Source: Pecten maximus
Taxonomy: Eukaryota
Length of the DNA: 64,000 nucleotides
Direction: 5' to 3'
NCBI RefSeq assembly: GCF_902652985.1
Contig: NC_047015.1
Location: 38,440,001-38,504,000, forward strand
The notes below the pieces were generated by a model. It was not told the DNA's origin. It saw only the letters and a list, made by a program, of their open reading frames with translations, and did no database searches. Position numbers and translations under genes: made by a program. This document shows positions 63,501 through 64,000 of the stretch, piece after piece (position 1 is the first letter of the stretch; every line of letters starts with the position of its first letter).

Positions 63501-64000
63501 AATGGGAAATTTATTACCATAAACGCCCAAAAATAACATTATTATACCTATTTGATATGCAAAATATATTTTCTCTTAAAGTGACATATTCTAAGCTGTC
63601 TTTCTCTTGACAGGTGTAAGGCTCCTCTGTTCGTGGATGGTTTGCACTTTACAAAATCCTGTTGATCTATTTTCAAAATTCAAAAAGGTGGACTAAGAAA
63701 GAGAAATATCAAGATACCGTTACACATAACACATTTCTCAAATGTTCATCGAGGTTCTTCACTTTTTGAGTGGCATTAAAAGAAAATATAATAGCAAAAA
63801 ATGATTTTTTTTTTGTCCTTTTTTTTTTTTTTTTTTTTTACTTTTCCCCCTTTTTCATTCTTCTTTGGTGGCGTTTACACGTCCCTCTAACATGCAATAA
63901 AATCTGTTTAAGCGTCAAAATGTCGTTAGATACGTAATGGTATTTTCGAGATTAGTAAGATTGTTATTGTGTCAACATGCAATTTCCAATACGTCCAAGA

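Overview
AT-rich, intron-rich animal genomic DNA, probably from a bivalve mollusc (inferred from HINE/Helentron-type repeats, CORE/tRNA-SINEs and MITE types). I reconstructed four spliced protein-coding genes by hand, arranged as two head-to-head pairs. The first pair is the 5' half of a carboxypeptidase E-like gene (-, 498-11027, running off the window) facing a TFAM-like gene (+, 11622-21598). The second pair is CAMLG/GET2 (-, 28550-33187) facing SLC25A16/Graves disease carrier (+, 33648-39067). The standout is the TFAM gene. It has ten coding exons and THREE HMG boxes rather than two, apparently from tandem duplication of the three-exon HMG-box-B module. All junctions around the extra module are phase 0, so it could be skipped, and the protein ends in a long Lys/Glu 9-aa-repeat tail. 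Positions 39-64 kb are mostly non-coding and hold two ~2 kb satellite arrays (20-bp and 55-bp units), SINEs, HINEs and a probable promoter/first exon of a fifth gene near 54.1 kb. All calls come from reading the sequence; no searches were run.
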